Positions 50,048 to 60,549 of a stretch of 64,000 nucleotides of DNA are shown piece after piece (within the stretch, counting starts at the first letter, position 1; every line of letters starts with the position of its first letter). The DNA lies in contig CBDCGL010000011.1 in NCBI GenBank assembly GCA_965216755.1, positions 96,001 to 160,000 on the forward strand, read 5' to 3'. The translations under genes and the position numbers were made by a program. A model generated the notes under the pieces. The model did no database searches and was not told the DNA's origin. It saw only the letters and a list, made by a program, of their open reading frames with translations. Origin of the DNA: Alphaproteobacteria bacterium (GTDB taxonomy: Bacteria > Pseudomonadota > Alphaproteobacteria > UBA7887).

Positions 50048-50982
50048 CAGATCTCCATCGCGCGCTTGCGCACATTCCGCAGGATCACAAAAGCCAAAAT
50101 CGCCAGAACCGGGAACATGAACAGCGAAACTGACGCGCCCAGCGGAATGTCTCCCGATTCTATCCCGACACGGAAGGCGTAGGTTGCGAACAGATGCGTC
50201 GTATTGCGTGGTCCGCCTTGCGTCAATACGCGCACAATATCGAAATTGGCCAAGGTCACGATGATCGAAAACAAGACCGTGATCGCAATGATATTGCGCA
50301 TCATCGGCAGCGTAACATGGAACAGGCGCTGCCAGGCATTGGCCCCATCGATCGCGGCGGCTTCGTAGAGTTCCTCCGGGATCGACTTAAGCGCCGCCAA
50401 ATACATGATCAGGAAAAACGGCGCGCCGAACCAAACATTGACCAAGATGACCGAAAAACGCGCCCAAAATGTGTCACTCAACCACGGTATCGCGGGCATG
50501 GCCAACTCTGCCAGAATCCAGTTTACGGCACTGTATGTCGGTTCAAAAAGCCACCACCATCCAAGCGTCGAAAGCGCCGGCGGAATCACCCAGGGAATCA
50601 GCAGCATGCCACGCCATTTGCGTTGCCCCTTGCTAGGGATCGTGTTGATGGCGTGTGCGGCGATCAAACCAATCAAGGCTTTGAACAAGACCGCGGCCAG
50701 CGCGAAGATGATCGATTGCTGAACCACGAGCCAAAAAGTCTTGCGCTTGAAAAGGAACAGGAAATTGTCGAATCCGACAAATTCCGTCTCCGCCTTGTTC
50801 AACGTCGCGAGAAACATCGAATAGACGGCCGGATACGCGACCAGCCCCAGGATTACAGCCAAGAGCGGCACACACATGAGCACGCCGATGGTCGATTTTC
50901 GCCTCAATGCACGGCGCGCCCAACCTCCGGCCGGTCGGCGCTCGCCGACAGCAACGTCAATGCTTTCGACAGTCGTAGCCAT
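50047..50982 (-). CDS. carbohydrate ABC transporter permease
   Basis: ELYEAAAIDGA, TQGGP; hydrophobic helices. Confidence 0.93.
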   Translation of the reverse strand: MATTVESIDVAVGERRPAGGWARRALRRKSTIGVLMCVPLLAVILGLVAYPAVYSMFLATLNKAETEFVGFDNFLFLFKRKTFWLVVQQSIIFALAAVLFKALIGLIAAHAINTIPSKGQRKWRGMLLIPWVIPPALSTLGWWWLFEPTYSAVNWILAELAMPAIPWLSDTFWARFSVILVNVWFGAPFFLIMYLAALKSIPEELYEAAAIDGANAWQRLFHVTLPMMRNIIAITVLFSIIVTLANFDIVRVLTQGGPRNTTHLFATYAFRVGIESGDIPLGASVSLFMFPVLAILAFVILRNVRKRAMEI

Positions 50983-50989
50983 AATGGCC

Positions 50990-52339
50990 TCAGCCCCGCA
51001 GGTACCCCTCTAGCTCATTCTCAGCCCATAAGATCGCATCATCGAAGCTTTCGCCGCCTTGTGTCACCTGCGCAACGAAATTGGGAAACAGCGTTTGAGA
51101 CTGGATTGACGATGCGATATGGGGCGGCGCTGGATAGCCGGCGGCCATGAGCTGTTCGTCGCCGCGCAGCGGATAATTGTGCAATACGCCAACCGGTGGC
51201 TCAGCCACATCCCAGACGTCGTTGGTTTGATAGAACGATGGGATCAGTGGCATGTCAAATCCTTGTGATGCGCGCAGCATTTTATTCACCACATCCGGCT
51301 GATTGACATGCAGGAACAAGTCTTTGGCAGCGCCGATGTTGCTCGAGAAGTTCCACACGCCCCAAAAGAATGGCGACGTGGCACGGAAACGCCCATTTGG
51401 GCCGCGCGGCACATCGTGATGCCAGATATGCTTGGCGACATCCGGATTGTCTCGTTTGGCCACAGCCCAGGCGCTCGGTGGATTGAATATCGTCGAACCC
51501 TGTCCAGAGATGATCCAGCGATTGTTGCCAGCGTCGTCCCAGGCATAAACGCCGTTTGGCATGAATTGGGCAATCCGCGACACATACTCCAGCGCCGCTC
51601 GCGTTTCGTCTGAGTCGACCGCGATATCTCCGTTTTCGTCAACCATGACGGCACCGAAAGCCGCGAACAGAGCCGAAAGCCATTGTGAGGCATCGGGGAC
51701 TGGTGCGATAGCAGCTCCAAAAGGATGGCCGGCGGCGTGGAGCTTCTCAGCCGCGGCCAGGAAGGTATCGTAGGTCCAACCATCGACGAGCTCGGGGTTT
51801 CTTTCACCGCCGATCGGAAACATGGCCTTCAAGTCGATGCCCGCATGCTCTGCAAACAAATCGACGCGCGACACTTGTGCGTAGGACAGCGTTCCAGTAG
51901 GTGCCGGAACGGCCAGCCAGGTATCGTCGATCCGCGTCAGATGGTCGGCGACGGGGGCGATTTCACCATGTTGGGCGACAATCTCGCCCACGACGTCGTC
52001 CACCGGTGCCAACGAGTCCCGAAAAATCGAGCACATCCAAAGCGGTACCGAATAAACATCATGCCCCGACTTGGCCCGCGATTCGGCCTGCGCCGTTAAC
52101 AACAGCTTATTCCCGATGGACGTTATAAAATCGACGGTTACTTCAACGTTGTTGGCGTCTCCCCAAGCGAGGCAAACTTCCTTCATCACGTCATTTGCGC
52201 CAGGCACCCAATGGTCCCATAGCCCGAGACTAAGGGTTCCTGCCGAGCGCGCTGATTTGACGTAAGGTGCCGCGGCAATTGCCCCGCCGGCGGCCGCGGT
52301 CTTGATGAAGCGCCGCCGCGTCAGCCCAGACGAAAACAT
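50990..52339 (-). CDS. Tat-exported ABC transporter substrate-binding protein
   Basis: TRRRFIK twin-arginine signal, WDHWVPG, WDDAGNN, NPPSAW; GGAGG RBS. Confidence 0.88.
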   Translation of the reverse strand: MFSSGLTRRRFIKTAAAGGAIAAAPYVKSARSAGTLSLGLWDHWVPGANDVMKEVCLAWGDANNVEVTVDFITSIGNKLLLTAQAESRAKSGHDVYSVPLWMCSIFRDSLAPVDDVVGEIVAQHGEIAPVADHLTRIDDTWLAVPAPTGTLSYAQVSRVDLFAEHAGIDLKAMFPIGGERNPELVDGWTYDTFLAAAEKLHAAGHPFGAAIAPVPDASQWLSALFAAFGAVMVDENGDIAVDSDETRAALEYVSRIAQFMPNGVYAWDDAGNNRWIISGQGSTIFNPPSAWAVAKRDNPDVAKHIWHHDVPRGPNGRFRATSPFFWGVWNFSSNIGAAKDLFLHVNQPDVVNKMLRASQGFDMPLIPSFYQTNDVWDVAEPPVGVLHNYPLRGDEQLMAAGYPAPPHIASSIQSQTLFPNFVAQVTQGGESFDDAILWAENELEGYLRG

Positions 52340-53153
52340 GGCGTTCCTCCACTTCCGGCGCACTAATCCCTGACAACGTCTTTCTTGTCGCGAGTTTCCG
52401 GCGGAGCCGCGAAGTACGCATTTGCATTGTCGCCAGTGTCGAGACTGCACACCACCTAAGCATCTTAGCGCCGACTTTCACGGCTGTCTTACTTTTCGTT
52501 TTCTTGGCCTTCAGCCTACGGCAAAGTCGGTTGGGTTCGAGATGTAGGGAAAGCGAACCTGACTTGCGTCTGGCAAACACCAGTGCCTTTGTGTCCGATC
52601 TCGTCGCCGCCCATATGGTCTTGTTGCGGCCAAACTCCAGGGTGAACGAGGCGCAAACAAGGCCCCGCAGCAGTTCGATTCGAGGTGTGGCGCTGATCGG
52701 CTGCCGATACCTCGAATTGGCCCAGGTGACCGCGTCGGCGCTCTATCCAAGGGCCGAATTGCTTTTCGCCGCCGCGGACATATCAGATCTTTGCCGAATG
52801 CAGCCGAGAAACGGGTGCCCCACGGCAACGCATGTAACGGAAGTGCGCATCGTTAACCGCTATGGCAACGCTTAGGAAAGCAACGGCGCAACGACTGACG
52901 GTTCACTTGGTCCATCAGGCCGGTCAATCGCAACAGCGAACAGCGTTTTTTGGGATATGTCTCAAATTGGGATCCATGGGCCGGCGACAGTGGCCATTGT
53001 CCAATTTCGAGTCGGGGGGGCTGTCACGTGCGCGATGATCGTGCAACAACCGCAGGCTCCCCATGAAAAGAACGGTGATCACGGCGCAAGTCCGGTGATG
53101 TATGGTCGGAATACGGGAACTTGCGGCAACGTGCGATCAGTGAGGGAAAGCGC

Positions 53154-53807
53154 ATGTCAATGAATTCGTCCAAAACAGTTGAGTTCTATTTCGATTGTGG
53201 CAGTCCGACCGCATACCTGGCCTTTACACAGTTGCCCGGGATCGCTGCGCGAACCGGCGCAACGATTGTCTACCAGCCGATGTTGCTTGGTGCTGTATTC
53301 AAAGCCACGGGCAACAACACGCCGGCAGCGGTGCCGGCCAAAGGTGCTTATATGGGACGCGACATCGCGCGTTGCGCGCGCCGGTTTGGCGTGCCTTACG
53401 CGTCAAATCCCCATTTTCCAGTCAACACTTTGAACGCCATGCGGGGGGCGGTCGCCGCTCAACACGATGGCACGCTCGAACCCTATCTATCAGCGGTATT
53501 TGAAGCTTTATGGGTCGATGGCAAAGATACTTCCGAACTCGAAACGTTTTGTGCGGTTCTTCGGCAGGCCCGCTTGGAACCCGAGCGTTTCGGACAGCGC
53601 ATGCAGGATCAGGCTATCAAAGACAAGCTGCGTGCCGACACCGAGGCGGCCGTTGCCCGTGGCGTGTTCGGTGCGCCGACGTTTTTCGTCGGCGACGAGA
53701 TGTTCTTTGGTCAAGATCGTCTCGATTTTGTCGAGGCGATGTTGGCGGCGGCGCCGGCCATTCCGGAGTGGGCAGATGTCTCCAGCGTGGCGTTGGATGT
53801 AACATAG
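53154..53807 (+). CDS. 2-hydroxychromene-2-carboxylate isomerase / kappa-GST (DsbA fold)
   Basis: FYFDCGSPTAYLA, GVFGAPTF, FFGQDRL. Confidence 0.9.
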   Translation: MSMNSSKTVEFYFDCGSPTAYLAFTQLPGIAARTGATIVYQPMLLGAVFKATGNNTPAAVPAKGAYMGRDIARCARRFGVPYASNPHFPVNTLNAMRGAVAAQHDGTLEPYLSAVFEALWVDGKDTSELETFCAVLRQARLEPERFGQRMQDQAIKDKLRADTEAAVARGVFGAPTFFVGDEMFFGQDRLDFVEAMLAAAPAIPEWADVSSVALDVT

Positions 53808-53988
53808 AGAATGGCAACACAGCTTCTGGCTGCCGCCTCGGACGCGCTCTGGCGCGACGAACAACGAATGCAGTCGTGCCGAGCCTGAATTGATGCGCAC
53901 GAAATGCGAACGTATCGAGCGTTCCTTGTCCGACAAGACATTGCCGAACATATGATCGCGCGTATCGCCCGAGTGCATGCCACCGACC

Positions 53989-54095
53989 GAAAATCAATCT
54001 TCGCTCAAACGGCGTCGTTTGAACGAAGTTAAATTGATCGTTATCAAGTAGATAGAGCGCTTTACGCGAACGTATGTGAGCGTCAAACGTTCTAG
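53989..54095 (-). repeat. 107-bp CTAG-bounded double-hairpin intergenic repeat, copy B (one end decayed)
   Basis: Reverse complement aligns without gaps to 39353-39459. Confidence 0.85.
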
Positions 54096-54234
54096 AATTC
54101 CAAACCACGGTTCGAGGATCGAAACGCCAGCCTTGCGGTTCGACCGTAAATCAAGAATTCATGCTGAATTGCGCAGATCTGGGCGCGCCGGCGGCTTTGG
54201 CAAAACCGGTGTCCAAGACCGTTACGGCGCGGCC

Positions 54235-55014
54235 TCAGGTCCGGTCGTTTTGCGCCAGCGTCATGGGTTGACGGACCAGCGGGAGCGGGTCCCGGCGTAC
54301 ACCATTTGTTTCAAGGCTAAAGTCGAGATGCGGGCCGGTGGATCGGCCGCTACTGCCAATTTTGCCAACAATATCGCCGCGCGCGACATTTTGGCCGGTC
54401 CGGACCGTTGTTGCTGACAAATGGCCATAGGTGGCCATGGTACCGTCGTTCATCGTCAGCATGACATATCGGCCCAAACGCGGATGGAATCCGACCGCGT
54501 GAATTCGACCTGCGTCGGTGGCGATGACTGGCGTGCCAAGTGGCGCGGCTATGTCTATGGCGGCGTGAAACGCCCGTCGACCGGTAAATGGATCGTCACG
54601 CCAGCCAAAATGCGAGGTCAACCGACTTGGCGCGGCCACGTCGACCGGCCACTCATACCGTGCGGTTGGGTCGGGCCAGTTTGGTGTTGGCGGCGTCTTC
54701 TGGTTGGCGCCGGGCGGCGCCGGGCGGTGCGCAGTCCGATCGATCGGTCGTGGTGTCGGCGTCCTCAAGCGTGCCAAATCGGATCGGACAGTATAGCGGA
54801 GCGGGCTGGCGCCGACGGCGGAGCCCGGTAAGATCTTCCCAACCAGCACCTTGTTTTGCCCGCGTATGGGAAAGAATTTCTGCGCCGACGGTCGTTGGAT
54901 CGTCATGAACCGTTCGCCACCCATCGCGGGCCAGCTCGCCGAAATTAATATTAATAATATCAACAGTTTACATGGTATATCTGGGTGTAATCTGCGCATC
55001 CGAAAGTCCGTCAT
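54235..55014 (-). CDS. M23 family metallopeptidase
   Basis: SHFGWR.DPF, HAAID (HxxxD), YGHL, GRSTGPHLDF (second His of HxH is Asp); start uncertain. Confidence 0.88.
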   Translation of the reverse strand: MTDFRMRRLHPDIPCKLLILLILISASWPAMGGERFMTIQRPSAQKFFPIRGQNKVLVGKILPGSAVGASPLRYTVRSDLARLRTPTPRPIDRTAHRPAPPGANQKTPPTPNWPDPTARYEWPVDVAAPSRLTSHFGWRDDPFTGRRAFHAAIDIAAPLGTPVIATDAGRIHAVGFHPRLGRYVMLTMNDGTMATYGHLSATTVRTGQNVARGDIVGKIGSSGRSTGPHLDFSLETNGVRRDPLPLVRQPMTLAQNDRT

Positions 55015-55412
55015 CGAAACCCCCGAGTTGTGCTCGACCCCGATTGCTGGGGGCGACCATAGTCGTCAGACGCACGATCCGTGCCATGTCTGGGCCGGAT
55101 TGCTGGTCCGTGCATCTGAGGTATCCCGGCCGCACCCAACCTGTCGCACGTCGGCGTTTCAGGCCGGATAGTTTCGTTATTAGATGTTTGGGGAGCAGTG
55201 TCTATGCTGACGGTCACACACTACCGCAGGCCCCCGCGCCAACAATAAAGTTCGCGGGGGTTAGGTCATCGATGCCATTCTCGCCTAACAGACCTAATCA
55301 AGGGTTTCCAAAAAATTCCGTGCGTATTTGCCGAAAAATGAACGGCAATACTTTGAGTGCGAAACGACGTTTGACGTTTTCAACTATCTGATGGCAAAGA
55401 CCGCAGTTCGTC

Positions 55413-55865
55413 TTAACGGGCGCGACGGCCGCCACGGCGACCAGCCGTGCTTCGTTTTCGCCCAAGGCCGATCTTCTTGGCAAACTCAGACCGCTGGGCT
55501 GCGTAGTTTGGCGCCACCATGGGATAGTCCGGTGGAAGACCCCATTTCGCGCGATATTCCTCAGGTGTCATGTTGTACGTCGTGCGCAAATGACGTTTAA
55601 GCATCTTGAGTTTCTTGCCGTCTTCGAGGCAAACAATGTGATCTGGCATCACTGACTTGCGCACGGGAACCGCAGGTTTTGGCGCCTCTTCTGCCGCGTT
55701 ACCACGCGGGCCCTCCATTTCGGTAAGCGACTTAAAGACCGTTTGTATCAATTCCGGAATTTGTGCCGAAGGCAAGGCATTGTGGCTAACGTAAGCTGAC
55801 ACAATTTCGGCAGCCATACGAAGAACACTCTCAGGGGGCGTTGTATTTCTGTTTTCTTCCGACAT
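55413..55865 (-). CDS. mucR: MucR/Ros family transcriptional regulator
   Basis: AEIVSAYVSHN, PAVPVRKSV, CLEDGKKLKMLKRHL, YPMVAPNYA; AGAGG RBS. Confidence 0.95.
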   Translation of the reverse strand: MSEENRNTTPPESVLRMAAEIVSAYVSHNALPSAQIPELIQTVFKSLTEMEGPRGNAAEEAPKPAVPVRKSVMPDHIVCLEDGKKLKMLKRHLRTTYNMTPEEYRAKWGLPPDYPMVAPNYAAQRSEFAKKIGLGRKRSTAGRRGGRRAR

Positions 55866-56436
55866 TCCTCTTAGCCTATTTTTCCAAAACTGGCAGCGTA
55901 GTGAATTTAGTCGCATCTTGTTCCATATCTGTCAATAAAATTGACTGAGTCTGGACTAACATACTGGGATATTGATCAATGAACGCCCGGTAGATTATCA
56001 GAACTTGTGTCTGAAGAGGCAGTCTTGTCACGATTATTTGGCGAGAACAGACAATTATAATCGCCTCTAGTTAATACTTGTCCGAACAAACCAAAAAGCG
56101 GTCCAAGCTCAATTGTCTGAGGTTTGCATGCCATCCGTTTTGCCGGGCGCATGTCATGGTTTCGCGTGTGAAACATATTAATATCCGTCGCGAACCTCTC
56201 AATTTGGCTGTGGCCATGCTGGCTGTTCTCACCAACATATGGTAGTACGTCGCGTCGAAGGTGGTATCCGTAGTCTGTTGAGTTACGTCAATCAGCTCGG
56301 GCTTCGCCGTTGTGTCTCTTAAACTGCGTAGCGCCCGCCGTCATAAGCTGTGCACGCGCACCGGAGCTTCAGTCTTAAACCGGGGAGATGGAGCGCCGCA
56401 ACGGGATGTCTGGTTCGATGTATCGGGCGCACTGTC

Positions 56437-56895
56437 ATGACAAGCGCAACTGAAGGCTGCGACGTGATTGCGATTGCGTCGGATCATGCTGGTTTTGGTC
56501 TTAAAGCCGTCATCATTGGTGATCTTGAGGCCGCCGGCCACACCGTGCTTGATCTCGGAACATACAATGAGAGCTCGGTTGACTATCCCGACTATGGGGA
56601 AGCGCTCGCCGAAGCGATTGCGAACGGGCGTGCAGGTCGTGGCGTACTAATCTGTGGAACCGGAATTGGCATCAGTATTGCTGCAAACCGTCATCCTGTG
56701 GTTCGCGCGGCGGTCTGTCATAATGTGGAAACGGCACGGCTCAGTCGCGCCCACAATGATGCTAATGTGTTGGCATTGGGGGCGCGCGTTTTAGATGAGG
56801 CGACCGCCAGAAGCTGCGTGCGCGCTTTCTTGGAAACACCTTTTGATGACGCCGGCCGTCACGCACGCCGTGTTGCGAAACTTGGCTCTGTCTAG
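56437..56895 (+). CDS. rpiB: ribose 5-phosphate isomerase B
   Basis: SDHAG, SVDYPD, CGTGIG, HNDANVL, RHARRV. Confidence 0.95.
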   Translation: MTSATEGCDVIAIASDHAGFGLKAVIIGDLEAAGHTVLDLGTYNESSVDYPDYGEALAEAIANGRAGRGVLICGTGIGISIAANRHPVVRAAVCHNVETARLSRAHNDANVLALGARVLDEATARSCVRAFLETPFDDAGRHARRVAKLGSV

Positions 56896-56968
56896 ACCAT
56901 CGGGCCGGGCGACCCTCGAACAGTTAAGCCGTCAGGGATCTATGTTCAACTCCAATCGTTGGTAGGCA

Positions 56969-58276
56969 ATGGACGCAACAAACGTGAAGAATTCGCTGGC
57001 CCTCGGCGTGTTCGCCAATCAAGACCCCGAGGTCTTTGGGGCTGTATCGCGCGAACTGTTTCGGCAGCAAAATCAAATCGAATTGATCGCCTCCGAGAAC
57101 TTCGTTAGTGAGGCAGTGTTGGCCGCGCAAGGGTCAGTGCTGACCAACAAATATGCTGAGGGGTATCCCGGTCGGCGATACTATGGTGGCTGTGAATTCG
57201 TCGATGTCGCGGAGCAGTCGGCGATTGAGCGGGCTTGTTCGCTTTTTGAATGCTCATTTGCCAATGTTCAGCCGCATTCGGGAAGCCAGGCCAATCAAGG
57301 CGTGATGCTGGCCTTGGTGCGGCCGGGGGACACTGTTATGGGGATGTCTCTGGCCGCGGGCGGGCATCTCACGCACGGTGCCAAACCAAACTTGTCCGGC
57401 AAATGGTTCGACAGTGTCCAGTATGGCGTACGCGAAACAGATGGTCTGATCGATTTCGACGAAATCGCGCAGTTGGCCGACGAACATAATCCAAAACTGA
57501 TTATTGCGGGCGGATCGGCATATGCGCGCGTGATCGATTTTGCGCGATTTCGCGAAATCGCGGATTCGGTGGGTGCATATTTAATGGTTGATATGGCCCA
57601 TTTCGCCGGTTTGGTTGCTGGTAAGGCTCATCCAAGTCCATTTCCACATGCACATGTCGTCACGACGACCACGCACAAGACATTGCGCGGACCGCGAGGC
57701 GGGATGATCCTATGTGATGACGAAACGATCGCGAAGAAGATCAACTCGGCGATGTTCCCCGGTCTCCAGGGCGGCCCCTTGATGCACGTGATTGCCGCCA
57801 AGGCGGTGGCCTTGGGTGAAGCGCTGGCGCCGGAGTTCTGCGACTACGCGGGTGCTGTGGTCGAAAACGCCCGCGTTCTTGGCATGTCTCTTGTCGGACG
57901 TGGCCTTGATTTGGTATCGGGTGGCACGGATACGCACCTTCTCCTGGTCGATCTTCGTGCAAAGGGCTTAACGGGAAAAGTCGCGGAAATCGGATTGGAA
58001 CGCGCGGCGATCACATGCAACAAGAACGCCGTGCCGTTTGACCCAGAGAAGCCCACGGTAACGTCTGGCGTTCGGCTGGGAACGCCAGCAGGCACCACGC
58101 GCGGATTTTCTTCTGAGACTTTTGCAGAGATCGGCATGCTTATTGCGGAAGTGCTCGATGGCCTCGCCGACAAGGGGTTAGACGGCAACGATGCTGTGGA
58201 ACGGCGCGTTGCAACCCGAGTCAGGGAGATTTGCGATGCCCATCCGCTGTATGCCGCGTTGGCTGCAACAGATTAG
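56969..58276 (+). CDS. glyA: serine hydroxymethyltransferase
   Basis: [37 protein letters not shown]. Confidence 0.98.
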   Translation: MDATNVKNSLALGVFANQDPEVFGAVSRELFRQQNQIELIASENFVSEAVLAAQGSVLTNKYAEGYPGRRYYGGCEFVDVAEQSAIERACSLFECSFANVQPHSGSQANQGVMLALVRPGDTVMGMSLAAGGHLTHGAKPNLSGKWFDSVQYGVRETDGLIDFDEIAQLADEHNPKLIIAGGSAYARVIDFARFREIADSVGAYLMVDMAHFAGLVAGKAHPSPFPHAHVVTTTTHKTLRGPRGGMILCDDETIAKKINSAMFPGLQGGPLMHVIAAKAVALGEALAPEFCDYAGAVVENARVLGMSLVGRGLDLVSGGTDTHLLLVDLRAKGLTGKVAEIGLERAAITCNKNAVPFDPEKPTVTSGVRLGTPAGTTRGFSSETFAEIGMLIAEVLDGLADKGLDGNDAVERRVATRVREICDAHPLYAALAATD

Positions 58277-58290
58277 AGGCACGGCGAAAC

Positions 58291-58752
58291 ATGCGATGTC
58301 CTTTTTGCGGCTTTGCGGATACTCAGGTAAAGGACTCACGTCCCACGGAAGACAACACCGCCATCCGTCGGCGCCGGTCGTGTCCAAAGTGTGGCTCGCG
58401 CTTCACGACGTTTGAGCGTGTGCAGCTCCGTGAACTGGTGGTTGTCAAGAGCGATGACAGCCGCGCGCCGTTCGATCGCGAGAAGCTCACGCGTTCCATC
58501 AGTATTGCGGTCCGGAAGCGGCCCGTAGATGCAGAACGAGTCGACCGCATGGTCAATGCCATCGTGCGGCGGCTCGAAAGTTCGGGTGAAAATGAAGTGA
58601 CGACGAAGTCGATCGGCGAAATGGTGATGGATTCGCTGGCGCAGGTTGACCAGGTCGCCTATGTACGATTTGCGTCGGTGTATCGCAATTTTCGCGAGGC
58701 CAAGGACTTTGAGGAATTTGTCGGGCAGCTGCAGGATTTTACGGACGATTAA
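58291..58752 (+). CDS. nrdR: transcriptional repressor NrdR
   Basis: MRCPFC...RRRRSCPKC zinc ribbon, [16 protein letters not shown]. Confidence 0.97.
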   Translation: MRCPFCGFADTQVKDSRPTEDNTAIRRRRSCPKCGSRFTTFERVQLRELVVVKSDDSRAPFDREKLTRSISIAVRKRPVDAERVDRMVNAIVRRLESSGENEVTTKSIGEMVMDSLAQVDQVAYVRFASVYRNFREAKDFEEFVGQLQDFTDD

Positions 58753-58818
58753 GTCGACAGAGAAATTGCAGCTTGTTTGCACGTATGGTGGCCCGTGGAC
58801 AAATCGGGCGTGTCCCTG

Positions 58819-59934
58819 ATGGCCACCGACACAGATACCCACTGCATGGAAATCGCGCTGCGCCTTGCAAGTCGTGGCCTTGGTGATGTGGGCGCAAATC
58901 CGGCCGTCGGTTGTGTCATCGTGCGTGATGGTGTGGTCGTCGGGCGGGGGTGGACTGGGACCGGTGGCCGACCGCACGCCGAAACAGAGGCGCTGGCGCG
59001 CGCTGGAGAAGCGGCGCGGGGAGGAACCGCCTACGTATCCCTGGAACCGTGTGCCCATCATGGCGCGACACCACCATGCGCGGATGCATTGATTGAAGCG
59101 GGCGTGATCCGGTGTTTTGTGGCACTGCAGGATCCGGATCCTCGAACCGCGGGACGCGGCATTGCCAAATTGCGCGATGCTGGGATCGACGTTTCAGTTG
59201 GCGCGTGTGCGGCGCAAGCACGCGCGCTGAACGCGGGATTCTTGTCGCGTGTCATACGCCGCCGGCCATGGGTCGTGTTGAAATTGGCGTCGACCGTTGA
59301 TGGTGCTATCGCGACGCATGACGGAGAAAGTCAGTGGATTACGGGTCCGATCGCGCGGCAGAGGGCGCACCTAATGCGGGCGCGCACCGACGCTGTCATG
59401 ATTGGCATCGGCACAGCTATCAACGATCGACCGAAATTGACTTGCCGGCTGCCAGGATTGGAAGGGCGCTCGCCGGTGCGGATGGTCGTTGATGGTCGCC
59501 TGCAGCTGCCATTGACCAGCCAACTCGTCGAAACGGCGAGAGAGACAGAGACGTGGGTCATTTGCCTGGCCGGATGTGATCGTGCGCGCCGGGATGCGTT
59601 TCGATCGGCTGGGGTCGACGTGATCACCGTCGAGCCCGCGGCTGACGGTCGGCCCGATATGCGTCGCGGGCTGGTCGCGGTCGCAGAGAGGGGCATCAAC
59701 TGTGTAATGGTCGAGGGTGGCGCGAAGCTGTCGGCGACCCTGTTTCGGGATGGATTGATCGATGAACTGGCCTGGTTTCGAGCTGGATTGGTGGTCGGTG
59801 GCGACGGTATTCCCGGCGTTGGTGCGATGGGGTTGCAGGCGCTTGCGGATGCGCCCCGATTAGAGCGAGAAAGCATTGCGCTCATTGGCGAGGACGTGTT
59901 GGAGACGTACACTGTGGCCACGGGTGGCGATTAA
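58819..59934 (+). CDS. ribD: bifunctional pyrimidine deaminase/reductase RibD
   Basis: NPAVG, HAE, LEPCAH..TPPC, SQWIT, VEGG. Confidence 0.96.
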   Translation: MATDTDTHCMEIALRLASRGLGDVGANPAVGCVIVRDGVVVGRGWTGTGGRPHAETEALARAGEAARGGTAYVSLEPCAHHGATPPCADALIEAGVIRCFVALQDPDPRTAGRGIAKLRDAGIDVSVGACAAQARALNAGFLSRVIRRRPWVVLKLASTVDGAIATHDGESQWITGPIARQRAHLMRARTDAVMIGIGTAINDRPKLTCRLPGLEGRSPVRMVVDGRLQLPLTSQLVETARETETWVICLAGCDRARRDAFRSAGVDVITVEPAADGRPDMRRGLVAVAERGINCVMVEGGAKLSATLFRDGLIDELAWFRAGLVVGGDGIPGVGAMGLQALADAPRLERESIALIGEDVLETYTVATGGD

Positions 59935-59943
59935 GTATCGCCG

Positions 59944-60549
59944 ATGTTTACGGGCATAATCACGGATATTGGCACGGTTTGTTCCGTCACGGCGGACGGC
60001 GACACGCGCCTCGTGATTTCGACCAGCTACGCCACCGAGAGTGTGTCTATTGGTGCGTCCGTCGCATGTTCCGGTGCATGTCTGACCGTCGTTGAAAAAG
60101 GATCCGGTTGGCTGGCCTTCGACGTTTCTGCGGAGACCCTTGCTTGCACAATACTTGGCAGCTGGCGAGGCGGTTCATCTGTGAACCTGGAGAGAGCCCT
60201 GCGCGCTGGCGATGAACTCGGCGGCCATATTTTGACCGGTCACGTCGATGGGGTGATTAAGCTTCGTGATCGCCGGGCAGAGGGGGATTCCTTACGGCTT
60301 CAGTTTGAATTGGATCCTTGGCTGGCACCTTACGTTGTTAGCAAGGGCGCCATCGCTCTAGACGGCGTTTCGCTGACAATCAACGAAGCCACGGAATCGC
60401 ATTTTGGCGTGAACATCATACCTCACACCCAGAGAGCGACGACGTTGGGTGAAATCTCGCCGGGGGCGCGCGTCAATGTGGAAATCGATATACTGGCCCG
60501 ATATGTGGGCCGCGCGGTGAGCGCGCTGACGGTGCGCGAGGAGACGTGA
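59944..60549 (+). CDS. ribE: riboflavin synthase
   Basis: MFTGII N-terminus, GACLT, VNLERA, GGH..TGHVD, IPHT. Confidence 0.96.
   Translation: MFTGIITDIGTVCSVTADGDTRLVISTSYATESVSIGASVACSGACLTVVEKGSGWLAFDVSAETLACTILGSWRGGSSVNLERALRAGDELGGHILTGHVDGVIKLRDRRAEGDSLRLQFELDPWLAPYVVSKGAIALDGVSLTINEATESHFGVNIIPHTQRATTLGEISPGARVNVEIDILARYVGRAVSALTVREET

Noticed and set aside
50194-51150. 318-aa plus-strand ORF and similar long antisense ORFs (for example 58336..59061, 60942..61688)
   Set aside because: They lie opposite well-supported genes, as expected in GC-rich DNA, and have no recognisable motifs
58753-58818. FMN riboswitch ahead of ribD (and SAM riboswitch ahead of metY)
   Set aside because: The gaps are too short or the genes overlap, and I saw no aptamer core motifs
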